DNA of 63,858 nt, the filler included, from an uncultured Methanosarcinales archaeon (GTDB lineage Archaea > Nanobdellota > Nanobdellia > Woesearchaeales > CAZKBD01): the NCBI GenBank assembly GCA_964550945.1. It is 8 parts of 8 records of this genome, joined end to end, with 100 filler letters (N's around TTAATTAATTAA, not from the genome) between each part and the next. Parts side by side here need not be neighbours in the genome. Positions count along the whole stretch, not along the records: positions 9,480 to 18,443 come from CAZKBD010000076.1; positions 18,544 to 27,497 come from CAZKBD010000077.1; 6 more parts are not named here. One strand, written 5' to 3'. The notes under the pieces were generated by a model. It was not told the origin of the DNA. It saw only the letters and a list, made by a program, of their open reading frames with translations, and made no database searches. The first letter of the stretch is position 1, and the number at the start of each line of letters is the position of its first letter. Below, piece after piece: positions 9,481-20,322 of the stretch. A program made the position numbers and the translations under genes.

Positions 9481-10362
9481 GACAAAGAAAGCAATTTTAT
9501 AAAATCAGCGCTTGACGCTTCTAAGGAAATTGATGTAGAGATTGCAGAGCCTCCTGTTGTTCCAAAATTAGCTCAGGACATTGTTGTTATGAGCAAAATA
9601 AACAGCGAACAATTATTGCCAGGAACATTTATTGATATATCGCGATATGTTGATGCTGGCGGGATTTTCATAATAGCTGCTCAAACCGATCTTGATAAGC
9701 TGAAAACAGAAGGCCTATTGCCCATTAATCTAGAGGCATTATCCGAAAAATCAACTGCCTTATGTATAGATGTTTTTAACCAATTTACAAAGCAATTTGA
9801 GCCAGATCCTTGCTTTACAAAACTTTCAAAATTCTACAAGGCAACTGCTCAAAATGATAGTGTTGTGATAGCTTCTGCAGATAACAGCCCCATTATTGCT
9901 CTAAAAAACCAGAATCAGGGCAAAATATTCTATTATGGCATTTTTGATGATTCCAGCGATTTTAAAACATTGCCCAACTATCCAATATTCTGGAACCGCT
10001 TGATCAGCTTTTTGATGGAAACAGAGGATATAATCTCTTACAACTACAAAACAGGAGACATAAAGGTTATTGAAGAGCAGGATATCAAAACACCCTCAAC
10101 CATAATCAAAACTTCAAAGCTGCTGCTTGATGAGGCAGGAATCTATGAATTTGGCGCAAAAAAGATCTCAGCTAACCTAATTGACCAAAAAGAAAGCAGC
10201 ATCAACAGAGATTCAAAGATCTTAGAGCAGGATAAGAAGGATTTTGGCTCTGAATCAGGAAAATCCAAGAAAAGGCTTGCTCTTGAAATTCCTTTGCTTA
10301 TTTTAGTTGTTTTCCTGCTCCTATTGGAGATTATTTTCCTAAAAACAAGAGGCGATTTATGA
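9481..10362 (+). CDS. C-terminal part of a BatA/vWA-cluster membrane protein (5'-partial)
   Basis: Open from the contig start; DFKTLPNYPIFW, GIYEF...ANL, C-terminal TM LLLLE; context of the vWA-MoxR operon. Confidence 0.7.
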   Translation, partial: DKESNFIKSALDASKEIDVEIAEPPVVPKLAQDIVVMSKINSEQLLPGTFIDISRYVDAGGIFIIAAQTDLDKLKTEGLLPINLEALSEKSTALCIDVFNQFTKQFEPDPCFTKLSKFYKATAQNDSVVIASADNSPIIALKNQNQGKIFYYGIFDDSSDFKTLPNYPIFWNRLISFLMETEDIISYNYKTGDIKVIEEQDIKTPSTIIKTSKLLLDEAGIYEFGAKKISANLIDQKESSINRDSKILEQDKKDFGSESGKSKKRLALEIPLLILVVFLLLLEIIFLKTRGDL

Positions 10363-12758
10363 TAAGCCAATTTTGCACCCCTAAATTTTGTATTGCTTAT
10401 CCTTTGGTAATCCTGCTATTTATACCTCTTGTGCTCATGCTCATCTTTTTAATAAACAAGACCTTTGTAAAATTCAAGAATGAGCAGGAAAAACAGCAGA
10501 ATCTAAAGGCTAATAAGCTTATGCGGATTTTGATGCTCATCACAAGGTCTTTAATAATTCTTTCATTGCTAATTGCAATATCTTCTCCTTACAAAGAGAA
10601 AGAGGCCATAATCCCAGGAACCCCCAGCTTAACAATTCTGGCAGACAATAGCAGCTCTTTTGAAATATTTGATAAGACAATAGCGCCTGAACTGAAGGAT
10701 AAGCTGGAATCACAAATACCAGTCTCATTAAAATATATTGCAACTGGAGAAAGGTCAGCATTAGGTGATGGAATCCTTAATAATATGCAAGGAGATGATA
10801 ATCTATTGGTAGTGAGTGATGGAAACAATAACTATGGCCGTGACTTAGGCGATGTTATATTATTTGCTTCTATGCTTAATACCACTATTAGTATGCTTGA
10901 TATGAAGCCCACACAACAGGATGCTGGCATCACAATACAAGGGCCTTCTGAAATAATAGTAGGCTCAGAGAATAGCTATTATGTAAATATCGATAACATT
11001 GGAAACCTTGACTATGCTCTTGATGTCACAGTTGATGGAGAGCCGGTAACTATAGAAGATAATAGCTTTAAATTAAAATTAGGAGAAGGCTACCATAAAA
11101 TCACAGGAAAGATTAATGTTGATGACTACTTTGGCCAAAACAACGTTTTCTATAAAACAGTTAAGGTTACACAAAGGCCAAGGATACTATTAGTAAGCCA
11201 CGAATATTCTGCTTTAGAGGAAGTGCTGTCACAAATATATGATCTGAACAGCCTGGATAATATACCTAATGACTTAACAAGCTACAGCGCATTGATTCTG
11301 GATAACATCAAAATTGATGAAATCAAAAATAAGATTGACTTAATAAATGAGTTTGTCGCTGACAATGGAAATGGATTGATTGTTGTAGGTGGCCAAAATT
11401 CTTATGACAAAGGATATTACAAAGGATCCTTATTTGAAAACATGCTTCCTGTAACAATAGGGAAAGCCGAGAAAAAAGGAGAAAGCGATACAAATGTTGT
11501 AATCGTTCTGGATATATCTGAAAGTACAGGCATAACTTTCGGCACAGGAAGCGATAATAAGAAGATTGATGTTGAAAAGGCGCTGGCATTGAACATAATT
11601 GGGGATATAAGAAAGGATGATAAAGTGGCAGTAGTTGCCTTTAACCATAACTCATATCTTGTCTCTCCTCTTATTGTGCTTCGCGAAAACTATGATGTTT
11701 ATGATAAGATATCATCATTAATTGATTCTGGAGGCACATTAGTAAGCGCTGGCTTGCGAAGAGCTGAATTTTTATTAAGAGGCGCTAAAGGCAGCAAAAA
11801 CATAATTGTAATATCTGATGGAATAACCCAGATGCCAGATGATGCCCTTAATATGGCAGCAATTATGGCAAAACAAGGCATTAAAACTTTTGCTGTTGGC
11901 GTTGGCGAAGTTACAAATAAAGAGTTTATGCAGTCGCTTGCAAAAGTCGGCCAAGGCCTTTATTTCGAGCCAAGCGAATCGCAAAATCTGAAAATCTTGT
12001 TTGGAGAGCCTGAGCCAGAAGAAGAAACAGGCAAATTTAGCCTAGTCATTCTGGACTCAAGCCATTTTATCACAAAAGACCTTAAATTAGGGGCTTATGT
12101 GACTGGCTATAATTATGTTGCTGTAAAGCCAGCTGGCCGCTTATTGGTTTCTACTTCAGCTGGTGATCCTATACTGGGCATTGGGCGTTATGGGATTGGA
12201 AGAGTAGCTTCATTCACAACAGACTCAGGAAATAAATGGAGCGGCCAGATATTTGGCAAAGAAAATTCAAAGCTGATAACAAAAATGACCAACTGGGCTA
12301 TTGGAGATTTAAGCAGAAATAAGGCTTATGATGTAGCTATAAAAGACACTGTAGCTGGAAAGCCAACTGACGTTAATGTTGTTGCCAATGAGCTGCCGAA
12401 ATCCGGGAAACTGGAATTTTCAAAGATTGATGCAAACCTATATTCAGCGCAATTTTCATCAGATGAGCCTGGTTTTTATGAAATTTTAAATTCAGTTGTT
12501 GCAGTGAACTATAATGATGAGTACAGTGATTTAGGGATGAACCCTAAATTAAGAGACCTTATAACAGCCACAGGAGGCAAAATATTCGATCCGGCAAATA
12601 CAGGCTCAATCCTGGAAGGAGTTAAGACAATGTCAAAAAGGATAAAGACAGATACAGCTTATTACAGGTGGCCTTTTGCATTAATCGCAATATTTTTATT
12701 TTTGATAGAAATCGCCATAAGGCGATTCCAGGAAAATAAATCCGCTAAATCAGGTTGA
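10359..12758 (+). CDS. vWA-domain membrane protein with a glutamine-amidotransferase-like domain
   Basis: MIDAS-like DISES, ISDG, AVGVG; GLIVVGGQNSY; N- and C-terminal TM. Confidence 0.88.
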   Translation: MISQFCTPKFCIAYPLVILLFIPLVLMLIFLINKTFVKFKNEQEKQQNLKANKLMRILMLITRSLIILSLLIAISSPYKEKEAIIPGTPSLTILADNSSSFEIFDKTIAPELKDKLESQIPVSLKYIATGERSALGDGILNNMQGDDNLLVVSDGNNNYGRDLGDVILFASMLNTTISMLDMKPTQQDAGITIQGPSEIIVGSENSYYVNIDNIGNLDYALDVTVDGEPVTIEDNSFKLKLGEGYHKITGKINVDDYFGQNNVFYKTVKVTQRPRILLVSHEYSALEEVLSQIYDLNSLDNIPNDLTSYSALILDNIKIDEIKNKIDLINEFVADNGNGLIVVGGQNSYDKGYYKGSLFENMLPVTIGKAEKKGESDTNVVIVLDISESTGITFGTGSDNKKIDVEKALALNIIGDIRKDDKVAVVAFNHNSYLVSPLIVLRENYDVYDKISSLIDSGGTLVSAGLRRAEFLLRGAKGSKNIIVISDGITQMPDDALNMAAIMAKQGIKTFAVGVGEVTNKEFMQSLAKVGQGLYFEPSESQNLKILFGEPEPEEETGKFSLVILDSSHFITKDLKLGAYVTGYNYVAVKPAGRLLVSTSAGDPILGIGRYGIGRVASFTTDSGNKWSGQIFGKENSKLITKMTNWAIGDLSRNKAYDVAIKDTVAGKPTDVNVVANELPKSGKLEFSKIDANLYSAQFSSDEPGFYEILNSVVAVNYNDEYSDLGMNPKLRDLITATGGKIFDPANTGSILEGVKTMSKRIKTDTAYYRWPFALIAIFLFLIEIAIRRFQENKSAKSG

Positions 12759-12817
12759 ACATATCAAAAACCTTAAAAGATAGAGGGTATTTGTTGAGGA
12801 TAAAACGATAAAACAAG

Positions 12818-13348
12818 GTGCCAAAAATGAGCATAATGAAGCGAGACATTAACTTCGGTTTGTTTTTAATAATAATTGCAGTACTGGTGTCATTCGCCAG
12901 CTTTACTGTTTATTACCAGACAACATACAAGAATTTAACGACAAGCTACAACTATAAGCTGGACGAACTAAAAAAAACCAGCGAAGAGCTGGGCCTCCAT
13001 AAGAGCAAATTGAATGAAACCAGCTATGAGCTTGAGATAAAAGAAGAGAGGGAGCAGGATTTAAGCACTAAATATACTGGCCTAAAAGATGAAAAAGACA
13101 AATTGCAAAGCGATAAAGAAAAACTACAGACAGATCTTTCAAGCACAAAAAGCCAGTTGGCAGAAAAATCCGCGCAATTAGTTGCAAAAGAAGCTGAATT
13201 AACTCAAAAAACCGCTGAATTAACTGCTGCCAAAACTCAAATAAGTGACCTAAGAGATGATATAGACAGCTGTAAAGCGCAAAGAGATTCATGTAATGAT
13301 GACTTAAATCAATGTGAATCCACACTATCAACATGCACATGCCCATAA
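12818..13348 (+). CDS. Membrane-anchored coiled-coil protein with Cys-rich tail
   Basis: N-terminal TM, heptad repeats, terminal Cys residues. Confidence 0.75.
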   Translation: MPKMSIMKRDINFGLFLIIIAVLVSFASFTVYYQTTYKNLTTSYNYKLDELKKTSEELGLHKSKLNETSYELEIKEEREQDLSTKYTGLKDEKDKLQSDKEKLQTDLSSTKSQLAEKSAQLVAKEAELTQKTAELTAAKTQISDLRDDIDSCKAQRDSCNDDLNQCESTLSTCTCP

Positions 13349-13349
13349 A

Positions 13350-14141
13350 ATGAAAACATTTAATGCAGTTGTAAAGGATATGAACTTGAACATAAATGCT
13401 GTGATAATCTTTGATGCCATAATAGATTCTGTAGTGGTTCTTCTAGTATTCTATCTGATATTGATGTTGTTCAGCCTTAATGAATGGGTTGCTTTGTTCC
13501 CGGCTGTTATGTTTTTGGTTGTTTTTATCTATATAAGGACCAATAAAAGCAAAGCCCCTATTATAGAGAAAAAATACGAGTCATTAAATGAGAAATTAAG
13601 GACAGCCGTTGACAACATCAATCTAGAAAATCCTGTTGTTGAGGAGCTGCAGTCTGAAGTCATAGAAGACATGAGAAAAGTCAGGGTTTCTTCTTTTGTT
13701 AACCAAAAAAGGATTTCTTATAAAATATTGTTTGCAGTTTTTTTATGTTTTGCCATAATAATCCTTGCTTCATTTAATATCCAATTTAATCCATTTGACT
13801 TGATTAAAAAACCGCAATGGACTATTGTCATGGGTGGAAAAGGAGAAGGCAACGAAAGCATTCCTGGAAAAGTGGTAGTCGCAGGCCTTGGAGGCAGCGA
13901 AGCTGATATCTATGGCCAGAAATCCGTTGCAAAAATAGGCGAAGAAGAGCTAGATATAGAAATCAGGCAGCTTGGTTATGAGGTTGGAGAGGTTCGCGAT
14001 ATAACTGATGCTGACCAAAAAGAATTTGAAGAGACATTTCCAGAAGAAGTTTTTGCCGAATCTGCATCAACATACCAGGAGAATATTCCAAAAGAAGATC
14101 TTGAATTAGTCAAAAATTATTTTAAAGAAATAGCCAGTTAA
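13350..14141 (+). CDS. Membrane protein of the MoxR operon
   Basis: Three TM; LNEKLRTAVDN; acidic C-terminus ending VKNYF. Confidence 0.75.
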   Translation: MKTFNAVVKDMNLNINAVIIFDAIIDSVVVLLVFYLILMLFSLNEWVALFPAVMFLVVFIYIRTNKSKAPIIEKKYESLNEKLRTAVDNINLENPVVEELQSEVIEDMRKVRVSSFVNQKRISYKILFAVFLCFAIIILASFNIQFNPFDLIKKPQWTIVMGGKGEGNESIPGKVVVAGLGGSEADIYGQKSVAKIGEEELDIEIRQLGYEVGEVRDITDADQKEFEETFPEEVFAESASTYQENIPKEDLELVKNYFKEIAS

Positions 14142-14155
14142 ACGGAGGTTGTAAA

Positions 14156-15091
14156 ATGAAAAATTATAGGAGTGTTTTTGAAACAATTGATCAAGAAATC
14201 GGGAAGGTTATTGTCGGCCAACAGCAGATGATGGAGCAGATTATGATTGCAATCTTATGCGATGGCAATGCTCTGCTTGAGGGTTATCCAGGCCTTGCAA
14301 AGACCCTTGCTATTAAGACCCTTTCTCAGATTATGGATTTGAAGTTCAGCAGGATCCAGAATACCCCTGACTTGATGCCAAGCGATATTACCGGAACTTA
14401 TATTATTGAGGAAAAGCAGGGCAAGCGAGACTTAGTATTCCATCCTGGCCCGGTATTTGCGAACATTGTACTAGCGGATGAAATCAACAGGGCAACACCG
14501 AAAACACAATCAGCTTTTTTAGAGGCAATGCAGGAAAAGCAAGTTACAGTCGGCAATAGCACATTTAAGCTTGATCTGCCATTTTTTGTTTTGGCAACAC
14601 AAAACCCTATTGAGCAGGAAGGCACATACCCCTTGCCAGAAGCCCAGGCAGATAGGTTTTTGCTTAAAGTAAAAGTGGATTATCCAACGCCTCAGGAAGA
14701 AGCTGAGATTATAGATAGGTATACTAACGAGATTCAAGAGACAAAATTAAAGGTATTGCTTAACAAAAACCATCTGTTCTCATTGCAGCAGTATACAAGG
14801 CAGGTTCCGATAGCCAATGACATTAAAGCTAGAGTTATAAAGATAATCTCAGCAACAAGAGCCAGAAAAGACATGATCCAATATGGAGCATCTCCAAGAG
14901 CATCTATTGGCCTGATTTTGGCGACAAAAGCCCGCGCATTAATCAGGGGAAGAAATCATGTGAGTTCAGAAGACATAGAAACAATGGCCTATCCAATTTT
15001 AAGGCACCGTATAATACTCAACTTTGAAGCAGAAAGAAAAGGCCTCACAACAGATGACGCAATAAAGCAGCTATTAGAGAAAACGAAGTAA
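14156..15091 (+). CDS. moxR: MoxR family AAA+ ATPase
   Basis: EGYPGLAKT, RIQNTPDLMPSDITG, LADEINRA, ATQNPIEQEGTYPLPEAQ. Confidence 0.95.
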   Translation: MKNYRSVFETIDQEIGKVIVGQQQMMEQIMIAILCDGNALLEGYPGLAKTLAIKTLSQIMDLKFSRIQNTPDLMPSDITGTYIIEEKQGKRDLVFHPGPVFANIVLADEINRATPKTQSAFLEAMQEKQVTVGNSTFKLDLPFFVLATQNPIEQEGTYPLPEAQADRFLLKVKVDYPTPQEEAEIIDRYTNEIQETKLKVLLNKNHLFSLQQYTRQVPIANDIKARVIKIISATRARKDMIQYGASPRASIGLILATKARALIRGRNHVSSEDIETMAYPILRHRIILNFEAERKGLTTDDAIKQLLEKTK

Positions 15092-15411
15092 AAGTTGTGC
15101 AAGAATGATTTTGAGTAAACAATAATCAATTAAAAATATTATTGCCATTAAAAGTTTAAAGTCAAAACAAAAAGAAACAGGATAAGATAAAAACAATCAT
15201 CAGTAATCTTAAAATCAATGGTGGATTATTAACCCTTATAGTAAAAATCAGAGGTGAACAAATAAAATTAAAATAATGATTTTAAAAATAATTTTGAATA
15301 AATAATGATAAAATAAAAACTAATAAATTATTACCAACTACTATCCAAAGCGAACAATACTCCATATATTTAATAATAAAATTAAACAAACAATAATTTG
15401 CTATTAACAAA

Positions 15412-16260
15412 ATGATTGATACAAGCTTTTTAAGCCAGCTGGACAGATTCAATCTGATCATAAGCAAAAGAGTTACTTCTGTTTATGCTGGCCCCAGGAG
15501 GAGTATTGCTCCTGGCCGCGGCCTTGTATTCAGGGATTTCAGGCCTTATTCCTGGGGCGATGATTTCAGGGCAATAGACTGGAAGGTATTTGCAAGAACA
15601 GACCACCTCCATGTCAAAACATACGAAGAAGAAAGAAACCTGGTTGTGCATGTTATTGTTGATTACAGCGCAAGCATGAACTTTGGCAAGCCGATAACTA
15701 AATTTGATTATGCTTCTATGCTTGGCGTTGGCTTTGCATATCTGGCTGTCAAGGAGAATGAAAAATTTATGTTCTCAACCTTTTCAGAAGATCTTTCTGT
15801 TTTTCAGCCTCGAAGAGGAATGAGCCAGCTGATGGCGATGATACATCACCTTAACAACCTAAAGACAGGAGGATTTTCAAAAGTCAGGGATGCAATGGCT
15901 CAATACAAAAAGCTGATAGGCAGCAGAGCCATGATAGTGTTGATTTCAGATTTTTTGATTGACATAAATGAGATAAAAGAAGCATTATACATGCTTGGCA
16001 ACAATGAGATCAAAATAGTGCAGGTTTTAGACCCTGTTGAAAAAAACCTGTCTATACAGGGAGATTTCAAATTAAAAGACAGCGAAACCAAAAGCGTAAT
16101 CCGCACCTATATAAGCCCAAGATTGAGGGTCCAATACCAAAAAATGCTCGATGACCATTCTGCAGAGATAGAAAAAACCTGCACTAAGTTAGGGATGGAT
16201 TTCCATTTAATAACCACAGACACTCCAATATTCGATGCTTTTTATGAGATTTTGAAATAG
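15412..16260 (+). CDS. DUF58 (vWA-like) protein
   Basis: FRDFRPYSWGDDFRAIDWKVFAR, DYSASM, ISDF. Confidence 0.92.
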   Translation: MIDTSFLSQLDRFNLIISKRVTSVYAGPRRSIAPGRGLVFRDFRPYSWGDDFRAIDWKVFARTDHLHVKTYEEERNLVVHVIVDYSASMNFGKPITKFDYASMLGVGFAYLAVKENEKFMFSTFSEDLSVFQPRRGMSQLMAMIHHLNNLKTGGFSKVRDAMAQYKKLIGSRAMIVLISDFLIDINEIKEALYMLGNNEIKIVQVLDPVEKNLSIQGDFKLKDSETKSVIRTYISPRLRVQYQKMLDDHSAEIEKTCTKLGMDFHLITTDTPIFDAFYEILK

Positions 16261-16277
16261 AATCAAACTTTAGAAAA

Positions 16278-17861
16278 TTAATCAATAATCTTCATTGCAA
16301 TGCTGCCATCAGGATATTTCACCTCAAAAACAGATTTTTTATCAGATAATTCATTTCCTTTTACAATATACCCGTATTTCTTGGTTTTATCATAGAACTC
16401 TTTTTTTATAGTTATATCAGAATAATAGCCAGTTTTATAGCATTTTGAAGAATTTTCTTCTAAACAAAAACCAAATTTTCTAAACTCAGGTGTTAAACTC
16501 ACCAAATTAACTTTTGAATAAAAGGTGAGATATATAAACGGCTGATCAAGGTTCATAGAGACTATCATCTTGTCAAACTCTTTTTCATTTTCCTTTGCAT
16601 AATTTATTATGTCCCTATAACCATAATTCCAATACTTGGCAGAATATTTTGGATACTCTACAAAATACTCTTTCATAAAAAGGGAAATATTTCCCAAAGA
16701 ACATACTAAAAATATTAGGCAAACAGCATACACTGCTAGTTTAGTTTTTTTACTATCTTCCCGCCGTTTTTTAACCCAAAAAATTAGATTGTATATAGCA
16801 TAAGCAGCTATAATTTGGAATACAGGTAATATGACGGCATTTCTTATAATATTGTGATTGTCCCATTCTGTTAAGCTTGCTGCAATGGGAGCAACAAGCA
16901 ACCATATTAGAATCACTTTGTGTTCCTTGTTAAATCTTTTTATAAAAAGTAATAACCCTAACAAAATCAAAGGAATTTCAAAAAGATAAATCAATCCCAC
17001 TTTTTGGGGAATAAACATCAGATTATTGCTATGGCTAAAAAATAAAAAATCTGGTGAAAAATAGAGCATATAATTATGTAAAAATTTAACTAAAGAGCTA
17101 AAAGGGTGATCAAAATTTATAATTGTCACCTTTTTGAACCTTATTTGGGATTCGCCCTGGATTAAATTAACCAAGAAAGGTATTAACAATAAAATGAGGA
17201 TTATGCCTGCTATTAACGTCTCTTTTTTTATGGATAATCTAAAACTTTGTTGAACCTCCAATGTTTTTTTGTTGTAAACAATAAAAAATCCAATTAAAAA
17301 TAACGGAACAAACAATTTGGCAGTAGCATACGAATAAAAACTTAAAGCGAAAGGAATAGCACTATAACTAAAATATTTTTTATTTGTTAATCCTTTATAT
17401 AAGAACAATAACCCTAACAAAAATAGAAAATTAAAGCTTAATTGTTCTGTTCCAATCCTGCTTAATATGATGTGCCATGGAGAAATCGATAGCAAAAAAG
17501 AAGCGATTAATCCCACTTCATAACCCCACAACCCTTCCACCAAAAGAAAGGTGAGAAGGACCATTAATACGCCAAATACTGCAGATGGCAGCCGAGTAGA
17601 AAATTCATTTAAGCCAAAGATAAAGACACCTGGAACCGCACTATAAATATAAATTGGATTTTTATATTCTCCAAATGCCTTGAAATACACTGGAAATCTG
17701 TTACCCCATTGATCAGTGCCCCTAATCATCAAATTGTAAGCATTATACCCAATAGACGCTTCGTCTGGTATAAATCCGTTGGGGATTGTACTAAGTTTGT
17801 AGGTTCTTAGGAATAGTGCTAAAATCAAGATAAACAGTAATATAATGTGCTTTTTTTCCAT
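16278..17861 (-). CDS. GT-C glycosyltransferase (ArnT/PMT family 39-like)
   Basis: DEASIGYNAY, GLNEFSTRLPS, ISPWHIILSR; multiple TM. Confidence 0.88.
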   Translation of the reverse strand: MEKKHIILLFILILALFLRTYKLSTIPNGFIPDEASIGYNAYNLMIRGTDQWGNRFPVYFKAFGEYKNPIYIYSAVPGVFIFGLNEFSTRLPSAVFGVLMVLLTFLLVEGLWGYEVGLIASFLLSISPWHIILSRIGTEQLSFNFLFLLGLLFLYKGLTNKKYFSYSAIPFALSFYSYATAKLFVPLFLIGFFIVYNKKTLEVQQSFRLSIKKETLIAGIILILLLIPFLVNLIQGESQIRFKKVTIINFDHPFSSLVKFLHNYMLYFSPDFLFFSHSNNLMFIPQKVGLIYLFEIPLILLGLLLFIKRFNKEHKVILIWLLVAPIAASLTEWDNHNIIRNAVILPVFQIIAAYAIYNLIFWVKKRREDSKKTKLAVYAVCLIFLVCSLGNISLFMKEYFVEYPKYSAKYWNYGYRDIINYAKENEKEFDKMIVSMNLDQPFIYLTFYSKVNLVSLTPEFRKFGFCLEENSSKCYKTGYYSDITIKKEFYDKTKKYGYIVKGNELSDKKSVFEVKYPDGSIAMKIID

Positions 17862-18086
17862 TTTGCAATAAAAATAGGAACACTTTTATTTAAAACTTCT
17901 CTAGTTACAAACATACCCATAATTAGTTGCAATTGTAACTGCCTTTTTAATTCCAATGCATTTTTATTCTGATAGCCCAATTTCAACCGAAAGATTTAAA
18001 CAATCTTGTTTACTTTAGGAAACAAGAATGAACAAATATTGTTTACAGGAGTAAACAAGTCGAATGAAGCGGAAAAGTAGTATTAT

Positions 18087-18443
18087 GTGAAAAATATGAA
18101 AAAGGATTATCTAAAATACACCATCCTGATCTTGGTTTTTCTTCTTGTTTTCGGATTAAATTTTAATTTTAACACAAAAAACCAGGATATATGGTTACAT
18201 TTAGCTTATGGAAAATACTTTTTAGAAGAAAAAACCTTTCCAAAGGAAGATGTTTTTAATTTTACAACAATTGGCAAGCAAGAAGCGCTGCACGAATGGC
18301 TATTCCAATTAATTGTATACCTTATCTATCTCAAGTTAGGTATGATCTACCTAATAATTCTAAATGCTTTAACAATGGCATTGCTCTTTTTATTCTTCTA
18401 CAAGCTCATAAACCAAACCTTTTATTTATCTATCACCCTAACA
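18087..18443 (+). CDS. Membrane protein, probably GT-C-like (3'-partial)
   Basis: DIWLHLAYG...D.F.FT...HEWLFQ motif; runs into a linker. Confidence 0.7.
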
Positions 18444-18673
18444 NNNNNNNNNNNNNNNNNNNNNNNNNNNNNNNNNNNNNNNNNNNNTTAATTAATTAAN
18501 NNNNNNNNNNNNNNNNNNNNNNNNNNNNNNNNNNNNNNNNNNNTCTCGACGAGAGATAGGATTATAGAATCAGTAATTGTGACACAGCCTGTACGGGGAA
18601 TGTCAGCACAAAACAATAAACATAAATGACTTTGAAGCTGCTAACCTGAGCGAAGCGAATTTTTGGATGAAGC

Positions 18674-19327
18674 TTATTCCAAATAATTCTTATTGCTGCT
18701 GGTTTGCCAGGGAAGCTCTCCAAAATCACATTTTTTGCATGTCAAGTCTAAAGCAACCCAATCCTGCTCCGATTTATACCTTTTTAGCGATTCTGGAAGA
18801 TATGCTTCAATATAGACATGATTTGGGACAAAAACAAATCTTGTCCTTATTCCTATTGCCTGCAATAGATTAGCAGCTAAAACAGCGCTATCATCACAAT
18901 CTCCGTTATGGCTAACCAAGGATTCTTTAGCGCTTTTTACATACTCAAATTGTAAAGGATCGCTGACATAATCAAAACTGTCTCTGATAAAATAAAAAAT
19001 AGCTTTTGCCTGGCATATCTTGCTGCTGGAGCATTCACTTAAGCTGATTATCTTGTCAGCTGCTCTCTTAATAACAGGATCGTTTGGCTCTAACAATTCT
19101 AAATAATTGTTAGTTGTTTTGTTTTCAACTACAATATCTTTAGGAACAACCTCGCTAATAGAAGGAATCCTTTCTGGGTTAGGATCAAGCTTAACAGCAT
19201 ACTCTGGTATAACCCACGATAGGATTATCAGGATTAAGAACAGTGCAAGAATCCACCTAATAGGGCCTTTGTACCATGGCTCTGGCTCTTCTTCTGGGTT
19301 CTCTTTTTGAATTTCTTCTTCCATCAT
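18674..19327 (-). CDS. Transglutaminase-like protein, membrane anchored
   Basis: GDCDD, HVYIE, LDLT catalytic triad pattern. Confidence 0.85.
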   Translation of the reverse strand: MMEEEIQKENPEEEPEPWYKGPIRWILALFLILIILSWVIPEYAVKLDPNPERIPSISEVVPKDIVVENKTTNNYLELLEPNDPVIKRAADKIISLSECSSSKICQAKAIFYFIRDSFDYVSDPLQFEYVKSAKESLVSHNGDCDDSAVLAANLLQAIGIRTRFVFVPNHVYIEAYLPESLKRYKSEQDWVALDLTCKKCDFGELPWQTSSNKNYLE

Positions 19328-19546
19328 GATATACTAACCCTGCGGATATTAAAAACATTCCGCTTGTAACACTAACCCCCATTGGACACTGGACATGCAC
19401 GGATAAGGTATTTAAATAAGCTGATCCTAATAATAAAGAAAAAAGGTGGCCAATGGCCAAAAGCACCTGGTTGAAAACCAAGTTGATGTTCACCCGAACG
19501 TCACACGTTCAAATCAATACAGGAAATCCCGTCCCTGCCGCACAAT

Positions 19547-20317
19547 ATGATACAAAACAGCTTTATTTTCCTTGAAAAACTAGATTCTAAGACCGAGCAG
19601 AATCTTTGGGAGCAGGGCATCATTGATTGGAATTGCTTTCTAAATAAAAACAGAATAAAAGGCATCTCTAATTTCAGGAAATCCTACTACAACAGGCAGC
19701 TTTTGAAAGCAAGGCACGAGCTTTTTAACCTCAACTCCAGCTATTTTATCAATAAACTGCCTTTATCAGAGACATGGCGCTTATACAATTTCTTTAAAGA
19801 AGATGCGATATTCCTTGATATAGAAACATCTGGCTTGTCCAGCTATGATTCAATAACTGTTTTTGGCTTGTATAACGGCTATGACACAAAAATGATGATA
19901 AAAGGCATAAACTTTGACTGCAAAGCAATAAAGCAGGAGCTCAGCAAATACAAACTTATTGTTACTTTCAATGGAGCAACTTTTGACCTGCCTTTTATTA
20001 AAAAAAGGTTTCCTGATCTATTGCCAAATATCCCTCATTTTGATTTAAGGACAGCATGCGCTAGAGTCGGTTTAACTGGTGGTTTAAAGAGTATTGAAAA
20101 ACAGCTTGGGATACAAAGAAGAAAGATAGTTGATGGCCTTTATGGAGGAGATGCCTTAACCCTTTGGAGGATGTATAAAGGGTCTGGAGATGATTATTAC
20201 CTCAAGTTATTGGTAGAATACAACGAAGATGATATCATCAATCTAAAAACAATCGCTAATCTTGTTGTTGATAAGCTAAAAGAGGACATCTCTAAAAAAT
20301 GGACTTCAACAAAATAA
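19547..20317 (+). CDS. RNase H-like (YprB/RNase_H_2) exonuclease-domain protein
   Basis: FLDIETSG, VTFNGATFDLP, GGLKSIEKQLGI, YNEDD. Confidence 0.88.
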   Translation: MIQNSFIFLEKLDSKTEQNLWEQGIIDWNCFLNKNRIKGISNFRKSYYNRQLLKARHELFNLNSSYFINKLPLSETWRLYNFFKEDAIFLDIETSGLSSYDSITVFGLYNGYDTKMMIKGINFDCKAIKQELSKYKLIVTFNGATFDLPFIKKRFPDLLPNIPHFDLRTACARVGLTGGLKSIEKQLGIQRRKIVDGLYGGDALTLWRMYKGSGDDYYLKLLVEYNEDDIINLKTIANLVVDKLKEDISKKWTSTK

Positions 20318-20322
20318 GATGG

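Noticed and set aside
15092..15411. Very AT-rich gap inside the MoxR operon
   Set aside because: No sustained ORF in the frames I translated and no clear structure; possibly a decayed membrane-protein gene, but unsupported.
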